A stretch of 64,000 nt of DNA from the human T2T-CHM13v2.0 reference genome, Homo sapiens. A program made the position numbers and the translations under genes. Below the pieces are notes generated by a model, which searched no databases, was not told where the DNA came from, and was given only the letters and a program-made list of their open reading frames with translations. This document shows positions 18,005-48,802 of the stretch, piece after piece. Position 1 is the stretch's first letter; every line of letters begins with the position of its first letter. The stretch is taken from assembly GCF_009914755.1 (NCBI RefSeq), contig NC_060934.1. One strand, 5' to 3'.

Positions 18005-19519
18005 AGCAGTTGTTTTTCTTTCAGGTTTTTGAATATATCAGTGCACTCCTTTCTCGTTTGTAATGTTGTACTGAGAAATCTATGAAAGCTCTCCTTGTTT
18101 GTTACAAATCACTTTTCTTTTTCTGCTTTCAAGATTCTTTGTCTTTAACTCTTGACAGTTTGATTATAATATGTCTTAGTGTGAGCCTCTTTGGGTTCAT
18201 CCTAGTGTTGAGTTTCTTGAATTTAGATGTCCATTTTCTTCCTCAGATTCGGGACATTTTTGGCCATTATTTCTTAAAATCAGCTTTCTACCCATTCTTT
18301 TTCTGTCTTATCCTTCTGAGTTGCCCATAATATGTCGATTGGTCTGCTTAATGCTTAGGCTTTCTTCAATTTTCCTCATTATTATTATTTTTTGGTTCCT
18401 CTGACTTAATAATTTCAAATGACCTGTTTTGATGATTCTTTCTTGATTTCCCTTCAGGGAATTTTTCAATTTAGTTGTTGGATTCTTCAACTCCAGAATT
18501 TTTGTTTGGCACTTTTCTACAGTTTCCCTCTCTTTGTTGTTATTCTCATTTTGTTGATCTGGCATTTTTCTGGTTTTAATTGTCGATGTTCCCTTGTAAT
18601 ACATTGAGCTTCCTCAAGATGATTGTTTTCAATTCTTTGTTGGGTAATTCATGGTTCTGTGTTTCTTTAGGGTTGGTTTCTAGAGATTTATTTTGATTCT
18701 TTGATTGGGCCATGTTTCCCTGATTCTTTTTATGCTTTGTTTATTTTATTATCATTTTTGCATTTGAAAAAAATAGCTACCTCTCCCAGTATTTATGAAC
18801 TGGCTTCATGTTGAAAACACCTTTACCAACCAATCTGGCTAGAGATCCTAAGGGTCTCTTTTAAACCTTTCATGGGGATGCAACTTCTCTGGGCCAAGTG
18901 GCCACTTCATGCATTCTTTCCAGATTTCATAGCTGCATTTACTGAGAGACAGGGTGGAGTATGTTTACATCATCTTACCTAGAACCAGTAGCCCTCTGAT
19001 TTGTATTTGCCCAATATAAATTACAGATTCTTTTGTTAAGAAATTTCAAATTAAAATGGCATTATAGCTACTTTTAAGATCATTTCCTCTTTTTTCTTGC
19101 CTTGCTTTTTTCCTCCTTCCTTACTACTCAACATTATTTACCTAAATCATCTACCCCAATCAAATATGTATGGCTAAGGAAGGAAACATCCAGAATGAAA
19201 GAGTAAAAGTAAAGGTAACTACAGTGAGAGTCTTTAACAATCTGATACAGGCAGGCAGTGTAAACTCTAAACCATGTTTCCTATAGTTAGAGGAACTCAA
19301 AGATTTCAAAATTCTCTTTTCATAGGAATGAGCTTCTCATCATTAGAGGCTCTAAGCAGAGGCTAAATAACTACCTGGTGTAGGTGACTGCAGGGAATTC
19401 AAGTCCTAAATAGGAGGCTGTGTCTGGTAAACTTTAAGGTGTCTCCTACATCCTCCTAGGACAGAAATTGCATTAAAGATTTTAAAAGAAGTCATGGGTG
19501 AGAGAAAATCATACTCACC

Positions 19520-19890
19520 TCTCAACAAATATTTATTAAGTAGCTACTCTTTGGTTGGACCTTGGGGATATGCAAGTGAACATGACACATTCCCTCTTCC
19601 CAGGAATGTATAGGTATATAGAGAGACGGTCAAGTAAATAGGCAATTATGAGTCGGTGTGACAAGTGCTACAGTAGGGATAAGCACAAGATGTTATGGAG
19701 TCTATTGGATGGCTTCCATATTTAGGAATCAGGGAAGTCTTCATGGGAGGGGAACTTCTAAACAAAGGGTCTACTAGGAATCAGGGAAAAGGAGGAGGGA
19801 AGAGAGGCTGTTCTAGGAAGATAAACAACCTGGGCAAGGTTGAGGCAGGAGAGTGTGGTGTATTCTTGGAACTGCAAGTGCTATAGGCAG
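19520..19890 (-). mobile_element. L2 fragment
   Basis: TCAACAAATATTTATTAAG...AGGGAAGTCTTC...GAAGAGAGGCTGTTCTAGG, L2 3'-end pattern. Confidence 0.6.
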
Positions 19891-20654
19891 GTTGAGTAGT
19901 ATAATCCCTTTCCAGTGGGCTAAAAGCCACCATTTCACTGTCCCCAATTCTTTGGATATGTGTTTGCAAATTTGAGAGCAATGGAATGTTCCTGAAACAT
20001 CTTCACAGCAGTCTTAAACCTTTCACATTTATCTTAATTTTTATTTCAGCCTTTCTTTGTCCTCTCTATAAATAGCATATGGTTAAGATTTTGTAAATAT
20101 CAAACTTACACTCTCCTGTTAGGGAAGTTTAATTCATTAATATTTATTGTGTTTTTGTTTTATTCATTTCACCTTATTTAATGTTTATTATTTATCATGC
20201 TTTGTTTAAAATCATCTTTTTTCTCTCTGTGCTTTTGTTTGCATTGACCATGCTTTTAATTTTTAAAATCTTTCTGGTATCTTAAAAGATCTACTATATG
20301 TTTGTAATTAGTGGGTAGCTATTTTTTTTCCTTAGAGGCTTTTATCTAAAGTTTCATCCTACTACTTCAAATAGCCATAGTTAAGTCATTATTTCTCCAT
20401 ACATATGACAGAATAAAATACTTATATCTTTCCCCAGCTAGAAAATTTTATTTCTCGTTCCCTTTCCACACTAAGACTTCAGAACATTTTTATTTCCCCA
20501 ATCTCTATTACTAGCCTGATCCCCTTCATCTGACACTCTATGCCAAATAAATGAGCAAATAAAATAACTCCTTGGTTTTGCTAAGAAAATTTATAATGTT
20601 GGTTTCAGGTCATTATTAAGCTTTCCTTAGTAGGCAACCTCCTCACTTAAATAT

Positions 20655-21015
20655 TTCATCAACAAATATTTATTGAGTACATAATGTATGCCAGTGGTCT
20701 TTAGGCTCTACATACTGCCATATATAAGTATAGTAGAGAAGTTAGATAACAAGACAACAAGAAAACAAAATATATTTTAAAAAATAGGCTGACAGGAAGT
20801 GATAGAAAGTGACCAGGTGAGGCTGTGAGCAGAAGTAGAAGAAGCCACGAGGGGACCAGCAGGAAGAGTACTCAGCCAGAGGGAATTGAATGTATGATGA
20901 TTATATGGTGTGGGATTGGTCTTAGAGGTGGGCACAGGCAGTTTTTGAAAGGCTTTGAAGGGCTCAGGTAAGGAATGAGGACTTTTATTCCAAGTGTGAT
21001 AGGAACTCATTGAAT
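20655..21015 (-). mobile_element. L2 fragment
   Basis: TCAACAAATATTTATTGAGTAC...GTAAGGAATGAGGACTTTTATTC. Confidence 0.55.
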
Positions 21016-21322
21016 ATTGATTGATTGATTTTAGAGCAGAATCTCATTCTGTTGCCCAGGCTGGAGCGCAGTGGCATAATCATAGCACAGAGCAACTTCG
21101 AATTCCTGGGCTCAAGCGATCCTCCTTCCTCAGCCTCCTGAGTAGCTGGGGCTATGGGCATGGGCCAACATGCCTGACCAATTATTTAATTTTTTGTAGA
21201 GGGGGAGTCTCGCTGTGTTGCCCAGGCTGGTATTGAGGTCTAGAACTCCTGGTTTTAAGGGATCCTCGTTCCTTGGCCTCCCACAGTGCTGGGATTACAG
21301 GTGTGGGCCATACTGCCTGGCC
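21016..21322 (-). mobile_element. AluJ
   Basis: Diverged dimeric Alu. Confidence 0.9.
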
Positions 21323-21355
21323 AATAAACGTTTTTAAATTGTTGCAGTTATTATT

Positions 21356-27784
<6,429 letters not shown>

Positions 27785-28352
27785 TGCAGTTATTATTTTT
27801 ATGATACAAGTATAATCTTATTTTTGGCAATTGAAAGCCTCTTCCCATTGGCTCTTGAGTCCTTTTGCCTTGGGCTTAGTGTCCTTGATAATTTTCTTAC
27901 TTTCTGATGTGACAGGACATTCTAGATTCATCTTTAATTTCCTTTCCAAGGTCAGGAATCAGCCATTTCTCCCAGTTACCCTGGCTCCCTTTAGTGGGAA
28001 TGGTCAACACTAAGGACAACAGTGTACTCATTACCATTTGTTTTCTCCAGATCTCCTTAGGACACAAAACTAAGAAATGTTTTTTATATATATATATTTT
28101 AAAAAAAACCTCTCATACACCATGAGTTTATATTGATACTTCAGATTCAAATTCAAGACTATAGATTCTTATTTAAACTCTTTGATTTGTATTTCCTTTC
28201 TTCTGTGACCAACTAATTCAATTAGTGACATCACCATAATTAATCATTTGCTTTTTCACACAGTTCATCTACAGAACAATCTCCAGTGACAATACCCAAC
28301 ACTACTGCTAACAATATGATTACTAAAGCAGTTTCAGAATTTCTTCAATTCT

Positions 28353-28646
<294 letters not shown>

Positions 28647-28944
28647 TTATTCAGTTCTTTTTGTACTTTGGAGGTATCTCATGAGGCATTCATCTGAAGT
28701 AATTCCTCTTTATTTGTATATGCCATCAAGTCAATATACAGTCAAGTTCATTATTCAAAAAATTTTTTTTGTTTTTAGAGATTGTTTTAATTTTTATTCA
28801 AAAGTTATTTAATGTATTCACATGGTACAAAGTTAAAACTGCAAAACAAGGTAGATTTGGGGATAGGTTCACCTCCACCCCTCCACCCCACTCTTTCTCT
28901 TCCCATAGGTAATTTTTTGATGTTTGATTTTGCTTCCATTTAAA

Positions 28945-29998
<1,054 letters not shown>

Positions 29999-30129
29999 TA
30001 GATCATCAGTAGAAATAGTCTCTACTGCTCTTACAACTGCAGAGCACATCATCCTGTGGATATTGCCATAGTGTATCTAACCAATGCCCTAGAGATGAAA
30101 AATTAGATTGTTCATTAGAGATTTTTTGT

Positions 30130-31560
30130 AGGAAAAAAGTGATATCTGATTTATACCTGGGTGACATGTCGAAAATGGATCGGGGGTGGGGAGTTGCAGA
30201 AGATTGAAAGCAGAAAGTTGAGGCCATTGCAAACATCCTAAGGAGAGGGCGGTTACTTAAACTAAGGTGGTAGTAATGGAAATAGAAAAAATTAATGAAT
30301 CCTGGCTTGTGATGGCAGTAGAGACTACAGAACTTTTTGATGAGTTGGATGTGGGAAATAAGGGATAAACAAAAATCACAGGTGACTACCTAATTTGGGG
30401 GCTTCATAAATTAGGTGGATGGTGGTGCTATAAATGGAGAAGACTAGAGAAGAAGTAGATTTTGGTTGTTTCATTTTCTTGTGTTTCTTTTTTCTGTATA
30501 GATAAATCGGGTGTTCTTCTTGGGATAACCAAGTAGAGATGTAAGTCATTAGGAATATGAATGTAGAACTTGATGGAGATGTTAGGAGTTGGGATAGAAA
30601 TTTTGGAAATCATTGGCATATATATGGCATTTAAATCCATAGGATTGGAGGAGCTTAGAGAGTTGCTGTGGCGGAAACCAAGAAAGACACCAGTATGCTA
30701 GCCCTGTTCCATGCTAACAAGGAAGGAGACCTTGAAGTCAATAGTGTGATGTCATGAAATGCAAGAGAAGAAAGCATTTTAAGAAAGAGGGAACTGTCCA
30801 TGGCCAGAGCCATGTCAAATCCTACAGATCTCATTTACTCCTTCAGTTAATCCTGCTTCTTTGATGCCAACTGCTTTGGTTATCTGGTAGCATGCCTCCT
30901 TCAAGTTATACCATCCTCCTAAATGATTAGTGGTTTTTCTTGGCTGATTTATATCCTTCGCTATGTAATTCCTCAGTGGATGGATAACTGAGGTATCCGA
31001 CAATGTTAGAAAAGTGGAGAGGTGCAGTACACATGGGTAAAAAGAAATAACCACTGGCATATCAGTCTGTTCTCACACTGCGATAAAGAAATACCTGAGA
31101 CTGGGTATTTTATAAAGAAAAGAGAGCTCATGGTTCCACAGCCTGTACAGGAAGCATGGCTGGGGAAACCTCAGGAAACTTACAATCATGATGGAAGGCA
31201 GGGGAAGCATGACTGGAGCAGGAGGAAGCAAGAGAAGGGGGAAGTGCTACACACGTTTCAACAACCAGATCTCCTGAGAATTCATTCACTTTCACAAGAA
31301 CAGCAAGGGGAAAATCTGTCCAATGATCCAATCACCTTTCACCAGGCCCCTCCTCCAACATTGGGGATTCAATCCAACATGAGATTTGGGTGAGGACACA
31401 AATCCAAGCCATATCAACTGGCTTTGGTAACAAGAAGGTTAGTAGTGACGTTCACAAGAGAAATTTCAGCAAAGGAATGAGAGAATGGGAGGTGAAGAAT
31501 AGGAGACAGGAACTAAGAGAAGTTCTGCTGTGGAATGGGAACAGCAGAAATGGGAATGTC
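30130..31560 (-). mobile_element. L2 fragment interrupted by a ~200-bp insert and an MST LTR
   Basis: Purine-rich L2 motifs such as GGAAATCATTGGCATATATATGGCATTTAAATCCATAGGATTGGA; resumes after 31421. Confidence 0.6.
31058..31416 (-). mobile_element. MaLR solo LTR (MSTA-like)
   Basis: ATAAAGAAATACCTGAGACTGGGT...CCAAGCCATATCA; TSD ACTGG at 31053-31057 and 31417-31421. Confidence 0.9.
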
Positions 31561-32405
31561 TGCAGAGGGAGGGAGGAAGGGGTCAGAGAAGGGTTTTAGA
31601 CAGGGGATTCTCAACCATACTTGTAACGCTGCCCTTGTAAGAAGGGGAAGAGTGATGATGTGGGAAGGAGAGGGTAAATGCGGTGGAAACATCTGTGAGA
31701 AGCACCCCCACTTAATGGTTACACTGCAGTTCTCAGACACACAATCACCATCCACTTATATTTAACTAGAGATAGCACAAGATTCAATGCCCAGTCTTAT
31801 TCTTTGTACTTTTATTATTATTATTATTATTATTTTACTATCTTGAGATATTCTTTGATTTCAGCTTGTCTGCAGTTGTTCCTTGGGGTGTTTCCTCAGA
31901 AAAAGAACATGGTTCTCCATCTTCCTAAGAGCTCTTTGTGTGTTAAAAATGCCTTTTCTTTTGCCATCACTTGGCTGTATAAAGGATTCTTGGATCTCTC
32001 ACTGCCCTCCAAAAGTGGTTTTGATATTTTCTAGCTTCCAGTGTTGTAGGTGAGAAGACTGATACTTGTTTAATTCTTTCTCCCTTATAAAGTCCCATTC
32101 TCTCCAACTGGAAGCTTGTAAGATTTTGTCCCTGGAATATAGAAGTTTCACCAAGATATGACTGTCTTTTTTTCATTGTTCTGGTTCATATCTCAGAGAT
32201 TGCTGTCAATACAAAGACCCAAGTCTTTCTTTATTCTTTTCCTTCTGGGACTTCTAAAATTTGTAAACTTTTCTTCATGACTCATGAATTTGTTCTGTGT
32301 GATGGAATATGTTCTCCATTCAGTCTACTACAACTCTGACAGCGTGTTCAGCAGTGACCATTTTGTTTTTCAATTCACCTGTTGAACTTTAAAATGCACA
32401 GTTAA

Positions 32406-32711
<306 letters not shown>

Positions 32712-34529
32712 TCAAGTTCTGTCCTTTCAGAAAACTTCTTTTGTGCTTTACTGCTATGTCCTTCAACACTCACTACATTACTATTAAAGTTCTCTTTGAT
32801 TTCTTAAATGAAGTCAGCTTCTTAGGTGCCAACTGCTTTGGTTGTCTGGTAGCATGCCCCCTTCAAGTTATAGCATCCTCCTGAATTATGTGAGTGCTCT
32901 TTTTGGCTGATTCATATCTTTAGGTTTAAAATCCCTCAGTGGGTGGAGAACTCAGGTTTATCTGCCAATGTTAGAAGAGAGGGGTCTACCGATGCCAGCT
33001 GGTGCCCCTCTCTGGAGGCACAATGGGATTTATGTCTTCAGCCCAGCTCACCACAAGACAAGCCTCTTTCACAGCTTTTGAATCCTAACTTTGCAAACAG
33101 TGATGTTCTCAACCCATAACTTCTGCCTCAGAACTCAATGCTGTCTAGGTATGTAGTGGCTCCTCAAGGTTTCAACAATAGTAGGCAGTTGTCTGAGTGG
33201 CCTTGGAATCTATAGAGGACAGAGTCAGAAATTGAAGCTCAGAAATCGTCCTTTAATTTGATTTTTAAGCCTGTAACTTTGATATCATTGCCTCAGGGCA
33301 CAGGAACAAAATATTAAATATATAAACTGTGTTGTAATATAAGGTTATATAGTGTATGATTATTGGTATTGCTGTTAAATATACATAACTAATTGAAGTG
33401 TATAATTAGTTAAAGAGTTATAATGAGAGCAAATTATTTCTTAAAATAAGTTGAATCCTAAAAACATTTTTCTTTCAAGTAAAAACTCTGCCATGAACTA
33501 CTACATATTTTTAATTTTCCCAAAAGGGATTAGAAGGTATTTACAATCCAGGTTAGGGTTTGTAGTTTAAAGTTACCACAAGAGAGAACTTGTATAATTT
33601 TTACTTAAATTTAGCTAAGTCCATCTATAAACTAAAATGGTGTATTGAAATTTTACATCAGATTTTTAAATTCCAATATAGAAAACTGTGTATTGGAAAA
33701 CTGCAAAGACGCTGAGTTACACATCCTAAACTCTGTTAATTCAAAAAGTTTTAATCATCCTGGTTCAATTAATGTCTCTAAATAAATTATAAGTTAACAA
33801 AATGTTTGTCAAGCCAAACCCTGATCCTGGCTTGTCTCACTATGAGGCAAACAGTGGCCCCAGGCCAAGGACGCTGCATGCTCTCGGGCTGAAATATGAG
33901 CCGGGCTCCTGGGAGACCAGCAAAGCCTAAACAAACATCTGGGCCCTTCTAGCTGTTTACTATTTTCAGTTTTTATAAGAGTCTTCTCTGGATTTCTACA
34001 TAGAAACAAATATACTGTGTGCTTTTATTTCAACAAGAAAATCTTTAGATTGAAGCTGTAATTTGGTTTTCATCAATAGCAACTCTTCTCTTTTTTAACA
34101 AATTGTCTTTTGCCTCCATAGTCCTTCCACTTCGATAATCTCTCTTCTCTTCTTTTTTTTCTCTTTCTGCATTTTGATTTCTTATTAAACTACTAAAGGT
34201 TGTTTAATTAATATCAATTAATGGCAAATCTGTGAATCCATCTGTCACAATAGTAGCTGTGCTTGGATAACCAACAACTTAAGGTAGTAAACTGATCGGC
34301 AATCTACAGTGAGTCATTACCCCTCCAGCAGCAATAGTCTGCCTGGGGCCTGCAGATGTGCTTGGTTTGCTTAGCATGGTGTTCTTGTAAAAATTTGAAT
34401 ATGAGTGACTTTGAGTAGAATACACTTTTTCCAGTTGACACCAGGCCAAACAATCTTCAAATCCTTTCACTTTTACCCTATCTGCGTGGCCTGAGTTTGT
34501 ATCTGGTTAAAATTTTCATGGATAAAGAC

Positions 34530-34645
34530 TCACAGCAGTTTCTCAAATGTGCCCCAAGGAATTCTGAGGTTCAGCCCAGCACTGGGTACGGTTAAGGGGC
34601 ATTTCAGGTGATTCTGTGGGGGGTTAGCCTTGAGCCACACTGAAG
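34530..34645. mobile_element. MER5-like DNA transposon remnant
   Basis: CAGCAGTTTCTCAAA...CAGGTGATTCTG...TGAGCCACACTG terminal motifs. Confidence 0.45.
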
Positions 34646-35717
34646 AAACATCACCTAAAAGCTTTTCCAAATAGTCTTTACCTGTGTAGGTGTGTAACAA
34701 AAAATCAAAGCAAATCAAAAGAGTTTCTACATTATAATAGTACAATGAAAAGCAAGCTGCTAAGTTGAGTAAACGAGTGATCATGATGCACCTCATTCAT
34801 TTATCAGTTCTCCTCTTGTAAATACACTGAAGTCCTTATTAAAGAAAAAAAGTAAATACTTTAAAATGAATTTTATACAGAAAGCAGCAATAGGAGTGAT
34901 GAGGTTGCCAAATTTGAAAACCATTTTCTTTTTCAGCACTCCTAAAGGTGACATATTATTCTTTTAGTTTAATTTCCTAAAAATTCATATAATGGAAAAA
35001 ATTTTTAATCGTAGTTTTTGTTAAGAAAAGAACAAGATTCTCTTAATTTTGTAATAAAGGTAGTAGTTGCTAAATTAAATCAAATTAAGTGATCTTAATC
35101 CTATTCCTCTAAATAAAACGATTTCCTTTTTAGTATCTCATAATATGAACAAATTTACCATTAAATCTAAATTAGGCAATGTCTTCGCATACAAAACACA
35201 CCATTTACTACCACCATTCTTCTGAAAATTCTGGACAATTTTGTTTAAAATTGGTCTAGACATATTTTTTAACTTGAAAGAGTAGGCAACATTTCTCTAA
35301 ATGGTTTTTCCTATTTCTTTTTTTAAAAAGAAAGCTTTTTACCCCTCATTTTTCAAAGTTATGTACCTGAAAGTCATACATTATAGAAAAGTAGAAAAAG
35401 AAAAACATAAATTCACCCTTCTAGGAAGAACTTTTAATAATGTATAAGATAATATAAAAGATGATAAATCATAATACACATATAAAATATTTATAAAATT
35501 TTTAAAGGATACCTTACAAAATTAAGAAATATTTGTGTACTATACAAAAGCCACTAATAAACAAATAAAATGCAAATTTCATAGAGCAGTATAAAATAAA
35601 AAGTAAAATTTTTATTTCCCAAGTCGGTCCTGATAAGTGGCTCTTTTTCTTCTCACTTTTTAAAAGTTGTTCTAAGGGTTGACAGTATAACTTTAAATAA
35701 TACACTTAGCGCTTTCA

Positions 35718-43609
<7,892 letters not shown>

Positions 43610-44055
43610 TGTCAAGAACTGGGAAGGGTTTGAGATTTTATGCTACTTGCAGGTTACCAAGTTAGCTTGCCACTGTTTCATGGATGCTAACAGAGACACG
43701 AGACTCCTGCATCAAGATGACTTTATTACTCACAACAAAAACAGTGTCTAGAGTGTGAACATGTTTGTATCAGTTGCAAGCCCCAGTTTGTAGGGGACAG
43801 TGTAGACAGGCCTAGAAAAATGCCCACCCCCGTCCCATACAGTGGGCTGTGTTACAGAAAGGAACACTGAGCGTGGCAAACCTTCTGTTTCATAGCAGCC
43901 AGTAAGCAAAGCTTCTTCTTGTCTCAGAAGGAGATATTATCTCATTCTTCAAGGTTGCTTGCCACAAATGCAACTGTAAAGAATTGTCAGGGCCTTGGCA
44001 AACTCAGCAAAATATGTAGGAACAGGAGAGACCCATGGAGGAGTGTCTTCCAATG
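43610..44055 (-). mobile_element. ERVL-class LTR (LTR40-like), 3' LTR of a proviral remnant
   Basis: Minus strand runs CATTGGAAGACACTCCTCCATGGGTCTCTC...AATAAAG...AGTTCTTGACA. Confidence 0.7.
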
Positions 44056-44525
44056 CTACCTACCACTCAGTTTAACATCGTCTTGGCTTCTACATGGTTT
44101 TCACAGAGTAAGCTACCCTGTTGGCTGTTTTGATAAACCTGAACAACACAGCTTGCCACTAAATCTGTTCAAGTTTTCTCACATAGCATTTAGTTAAAGC
44201 TACTGGTATCAGGACTCTATGCAGAAGAATAAGGCCAGTCTTCAGTACTGATCTCGGTCATGTCCACAGGGGTCCTGGATTTATCCAATAAACCATCAGA
44301 GCCTACCTTGGAAAGCCAAGTGGTTTTCTCCTTAAGTCTCTGTATTGATCTTTCCAGTTGGCCCAAGGCATTAATCCATATACAGAATGAATTAGCCCTA
44401 GCAGAGACCCTGTCTTGGCAGGGGCATGTCTAGGACAAGTCTATCCTCCATCACAACTCTGGTCAGTGAGGTAAAGCTGGCCTTCTAGAAGGTGGATGCC
44501 TTCTAGAGCCAGAAGGTATCATTGA

Positions 44526-44937
<412 letters not shown>

Positions 44938-45879
44938 TGAGCCAGTTATCCCTCAGGGGAGCTTCCCTTTGTACCTGAGGGCAGTCTTATTTCAGAAAGA
45001 TACCTGCAGTTCCCTGTGAGCTCCATGATCCAGTAGTGTTTCCTTAGCACTTGAAGGTCTTTTATGACCACCCCTAGCATGAAGTTGCTATGGTCTTGCA
45101 GGCAGACAAGTTGATGCCTGACCTCCACACTAGAAGTACAGCCCTAGCAGCAAACATGGTACCCCCAGAAAGAAGGTGATGCTTACAGTTGCTGGAGCCC
45201 ACCAGGTAGGATCCTCATTAATTGGAGGGTACAGGTTGGCAGCGCCTCCAATGTGGCCTCTTGGCCAGCTGATAGACTTTAAGGTTCTCAATTTAGTTTA
45301 AATAATTGAGTCTGTCCTGTTTGTCCATGCCACCAGCCAGATACCATGGACTGACTAAGCAATGGCTATGGGAATGTGGGTAGGGAAGACATCTGGAAGT
45401 GTGGGGAAGATATCTGGAAGCGTGGACAAGAGTTCTGTGTGGGATGTCCAGGACCTGGGGTCATCCCTTGCAGTTTCCAACAGACATCTCAGTAAGGTTA
45501 AGGGGAACAGCATCTAATAGTGGTAAGAGCCATTTAGCGAGAGTTGCAGATCCAGCAATTATATTTATGGCACTTGCAGTTTTGCAGAGCCAGACCAAGG
45601 TGTTTTCCTTCATGAGAAAGTCTTGCAGGGGCGGGGGGGATTCTGAAAGACAAAAGATAATGTCCTTCTCTCCCCTGTACCTTCTGAAGTCCTAGGGTGT
45701 GTTCCTTCCCAGGGTGTGAGATCCTAGGGTGTGTACTTCCCTAGCGCTGGGGCCACTACCCTCCACCACCACAAAGATGCAAGTCCCATTCCAGCAGCTG
45801 TAACTTCAGATTTTCTCCAGCTATCTCCTACTCGCACCCAAGCCTTTTGTCCAGAGGGGTCAGGAGCAAGATGGACAAA

Positions 45880-46100
45880 GCTGTTTGTGTAAAACGTACA
45901 CAGATCTTTTCGAGAAGCAGCTATTGACCTGCTATTGAGCTTGTGTCAAAACTGAACACCCTGACTTACAGAGGTCTTGGTTCAATATCCCATTTTGGGG
46001 GTGGATCAACTCAGACTCAACGACAACAATGAACAAGGTGAGAAGGGCCTCAAAAGCCTCATTTGCCAAGTGGAAATGTTTATTCCAGAGCGCAGCCAGG
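45880..46100 (+). pseudogene. pol: ERVL-type pol fragment (RT/RNaseH connection)
   Basis: FEKQLLTCY*ACVKTEH from 45909, then PILG/WINSD...KVRRA...KWKCLFQ, resembling ERVL FEKQLLACYWALVETE...KVGRA...KWKWYI. Confidence 0.7.
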
Positions 46101-46101
46101 A

Positions 46102-46532
46102 TGTGCTGTTAGTTAAGATTCCCTAGAGAAACAGGGCTAATAGGATTATCTATCGATTTATCGATCCATAGATATAAGTATTGGCTTATGCAATTATGGA
46201 GGCTGAGAAGCCCCACAACCTTCCATCTGTAAGCTGGAAACCAGTGGTGCAGTTTGAGGGCCAGAAGCATCAAGGGCAGAAAATTGATGTCCCAGCTCAA
46301 GTAGTCAGGCAGAAGTTGACTCCCACCTTTCTCCAATTTCTTGTTCTATTCAGGCCATCAATGGAGTGGATGATGCCCACCCACTCAGGGAGGGCCATCT
46401 ACTATACTCAGTCCACCAATTGAAATGTTAACCTCCAGAAACTCTTTCACAGACATACCCAGAATAATGTTTAACCAGCTATCTGGGCATCCCATGGCCC
46501 AGTCAAGTTGACACATAAAATTAACCATCATA
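46102..46532 (-). mobile_element. MLT2 (HERV-L) LTR
   Basis: Ends GGCCCAGTCAAGTTGACACATAAAATTAACCATCA. Confidence 0.85.
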
Positions 46533-46914
46533 TGGCCTTTCTAACAGTTCTCATTACAACTTTAAATAATATTCCTACATTTATATTTCTTTGTCAACTT
46601 AGTAGTCATCAATTAATTCCCCACTATGAAAGATAAAAATTTAACAAGATGATTTCTTTCCATTGCTTCTACCTCCATGTTCCTGATTATTGTTAGCTGT
46701 ATTACTAATTTTACATTGGTACCATGTATAATATTTGCACTATCTTCAGTGATAAGAAGTATTCTATGCTTTTTAAATAGAATCTTAAAACTTTAAATCC
46801 ACAATATATTACATTACTATATTGTTGCAGAATCAAGAAGTGTGATTGAATGCATGGAGAAAGATTTGTAATCTTGAGTCGATAAACCCTTACTGCTTGA
46901 AGGAGAATGTCTAA

Positions 46915-47283
<369 letters not shown>

Positions 47284-48802
47284 AATTCTTTTACTTCATA
47301 CTCAGTTGGTACTGTATGATGTTGTTCCATTTCTTATTTTAATGGTTCACATTGATGGAGTAACTGCCAGTGGAATTTTTTTCATATAATTATGTGGGTC
47401 TTTATTTTATGTTAACATTTGGCTGATATTTTGGCTTGTTATAGAATTCTAGATTTAAAATAATTTCCTCAAGGTTTTTGAAGGCTTTGCTGTACTGTTT
47501 TCCAGCGCTCAATATTGCTGGTGAAGGTCTACCGCCAATGTGATTTTAATTCCACTGTAAATGATCTGAGTTTTTTTCTTCTCTGTAAACTTTCAGAATC
47601 TTCTTTGGAGTTCTAAAATTTTACTAAGCTATGTCTAAGTGTGAATTTTTATTCCTTCATTTTGCCCAAAAAGTAGTGGACCTCTTTGATCTAAAAATTC
47701 ATGTCTTTCTTTAATTCAAATATATATTTTTTAGATATTTATTTGATTACTTGTTTCAAGTGTTGAGTTATTTTTTTCTTTCTTTTTTTTTTGGCACTAC
47801 TATTAAACAGCAATTGAACTTTTGGATATATCATCCATGCCCCTCAACTTTTCTCTCATATTTCCCATTCCTTTATTATTATTTCTATAATCTTGGATGT
47901 TTCCTAAACTTCCTTTTCCAAGTTCCCAGTTTATTCTTTACCCCTATTGTGGAGCCATTCCAGGGCATGATTTGCTTGGGCAATCATACTTTTCATTGCC
48001 AAGCACTTTTTCTTGGCTTCTATTGCTCTTTTTTTTTTTTTTTTTTTAATAGCGGTTCTGTCACATTTTATGGATATAATGTCTTGAAATTCAGTGGATA
48101 TTAATAAGAATGTTTTCTCTAAATGACCCATTTTCCCTGGAGACAGTTGATCAGCAAATTCATCTTGGTCCTTTTGTTTTACGCTGCTGCTTGTCCTAAA
48201 ATATCTGGTCATTCTGGATGGTCTACTCACATTAATGACTCAAGGATCAGGTTGGTTCTATGGTTAGGGGGCCCAGCTGTTCCTTGCGGTACAGGAGGTA
48301 GGTTCCCCACAGGAGTTCCTGAATGGGCAGGTTGTGTTAACTGGCAGGCTTTATTTTAGCTTTGTATGGGCATCAACAAGCAGGCCAGCTGCCCCATCTC
48401 AACCCAGATGTGAAAATAAGGACTGCCATTAATCTGTCAAGGAAGACTTGACTGCATGTCTCTCTGGGGCAAAGCAGACCTGCCCTTTTATTTCTTCTTT
48501 TATGCCTTGTGGGGGTCCAGAGTTATTTCAAGCTGCTTTGCCTTTTTAAAAGCCCCACCCCATTCTAGGAGCCCCAAAAGGCAAGTCGCTGGCTTTAGAG
48601 GGCAGCCCTTGTTCTGTCAAAGCCGGCACTCTAAGAGGAGAGAGCAGTGGGGCAGGGACAAGGGTCTCAGAGTCTCAGCTGTCCTGAATAAGTTTCATCA
48701 ATGAGTGGCCCTGGGTTAGCTGCCAGTTCTCCCTCATGCATTTTATTTGTTGAGGAGCCATGGGCAGGGCTTGCTTGGGGAAGGGTTGCTTTGGGCTATA
48801 GG

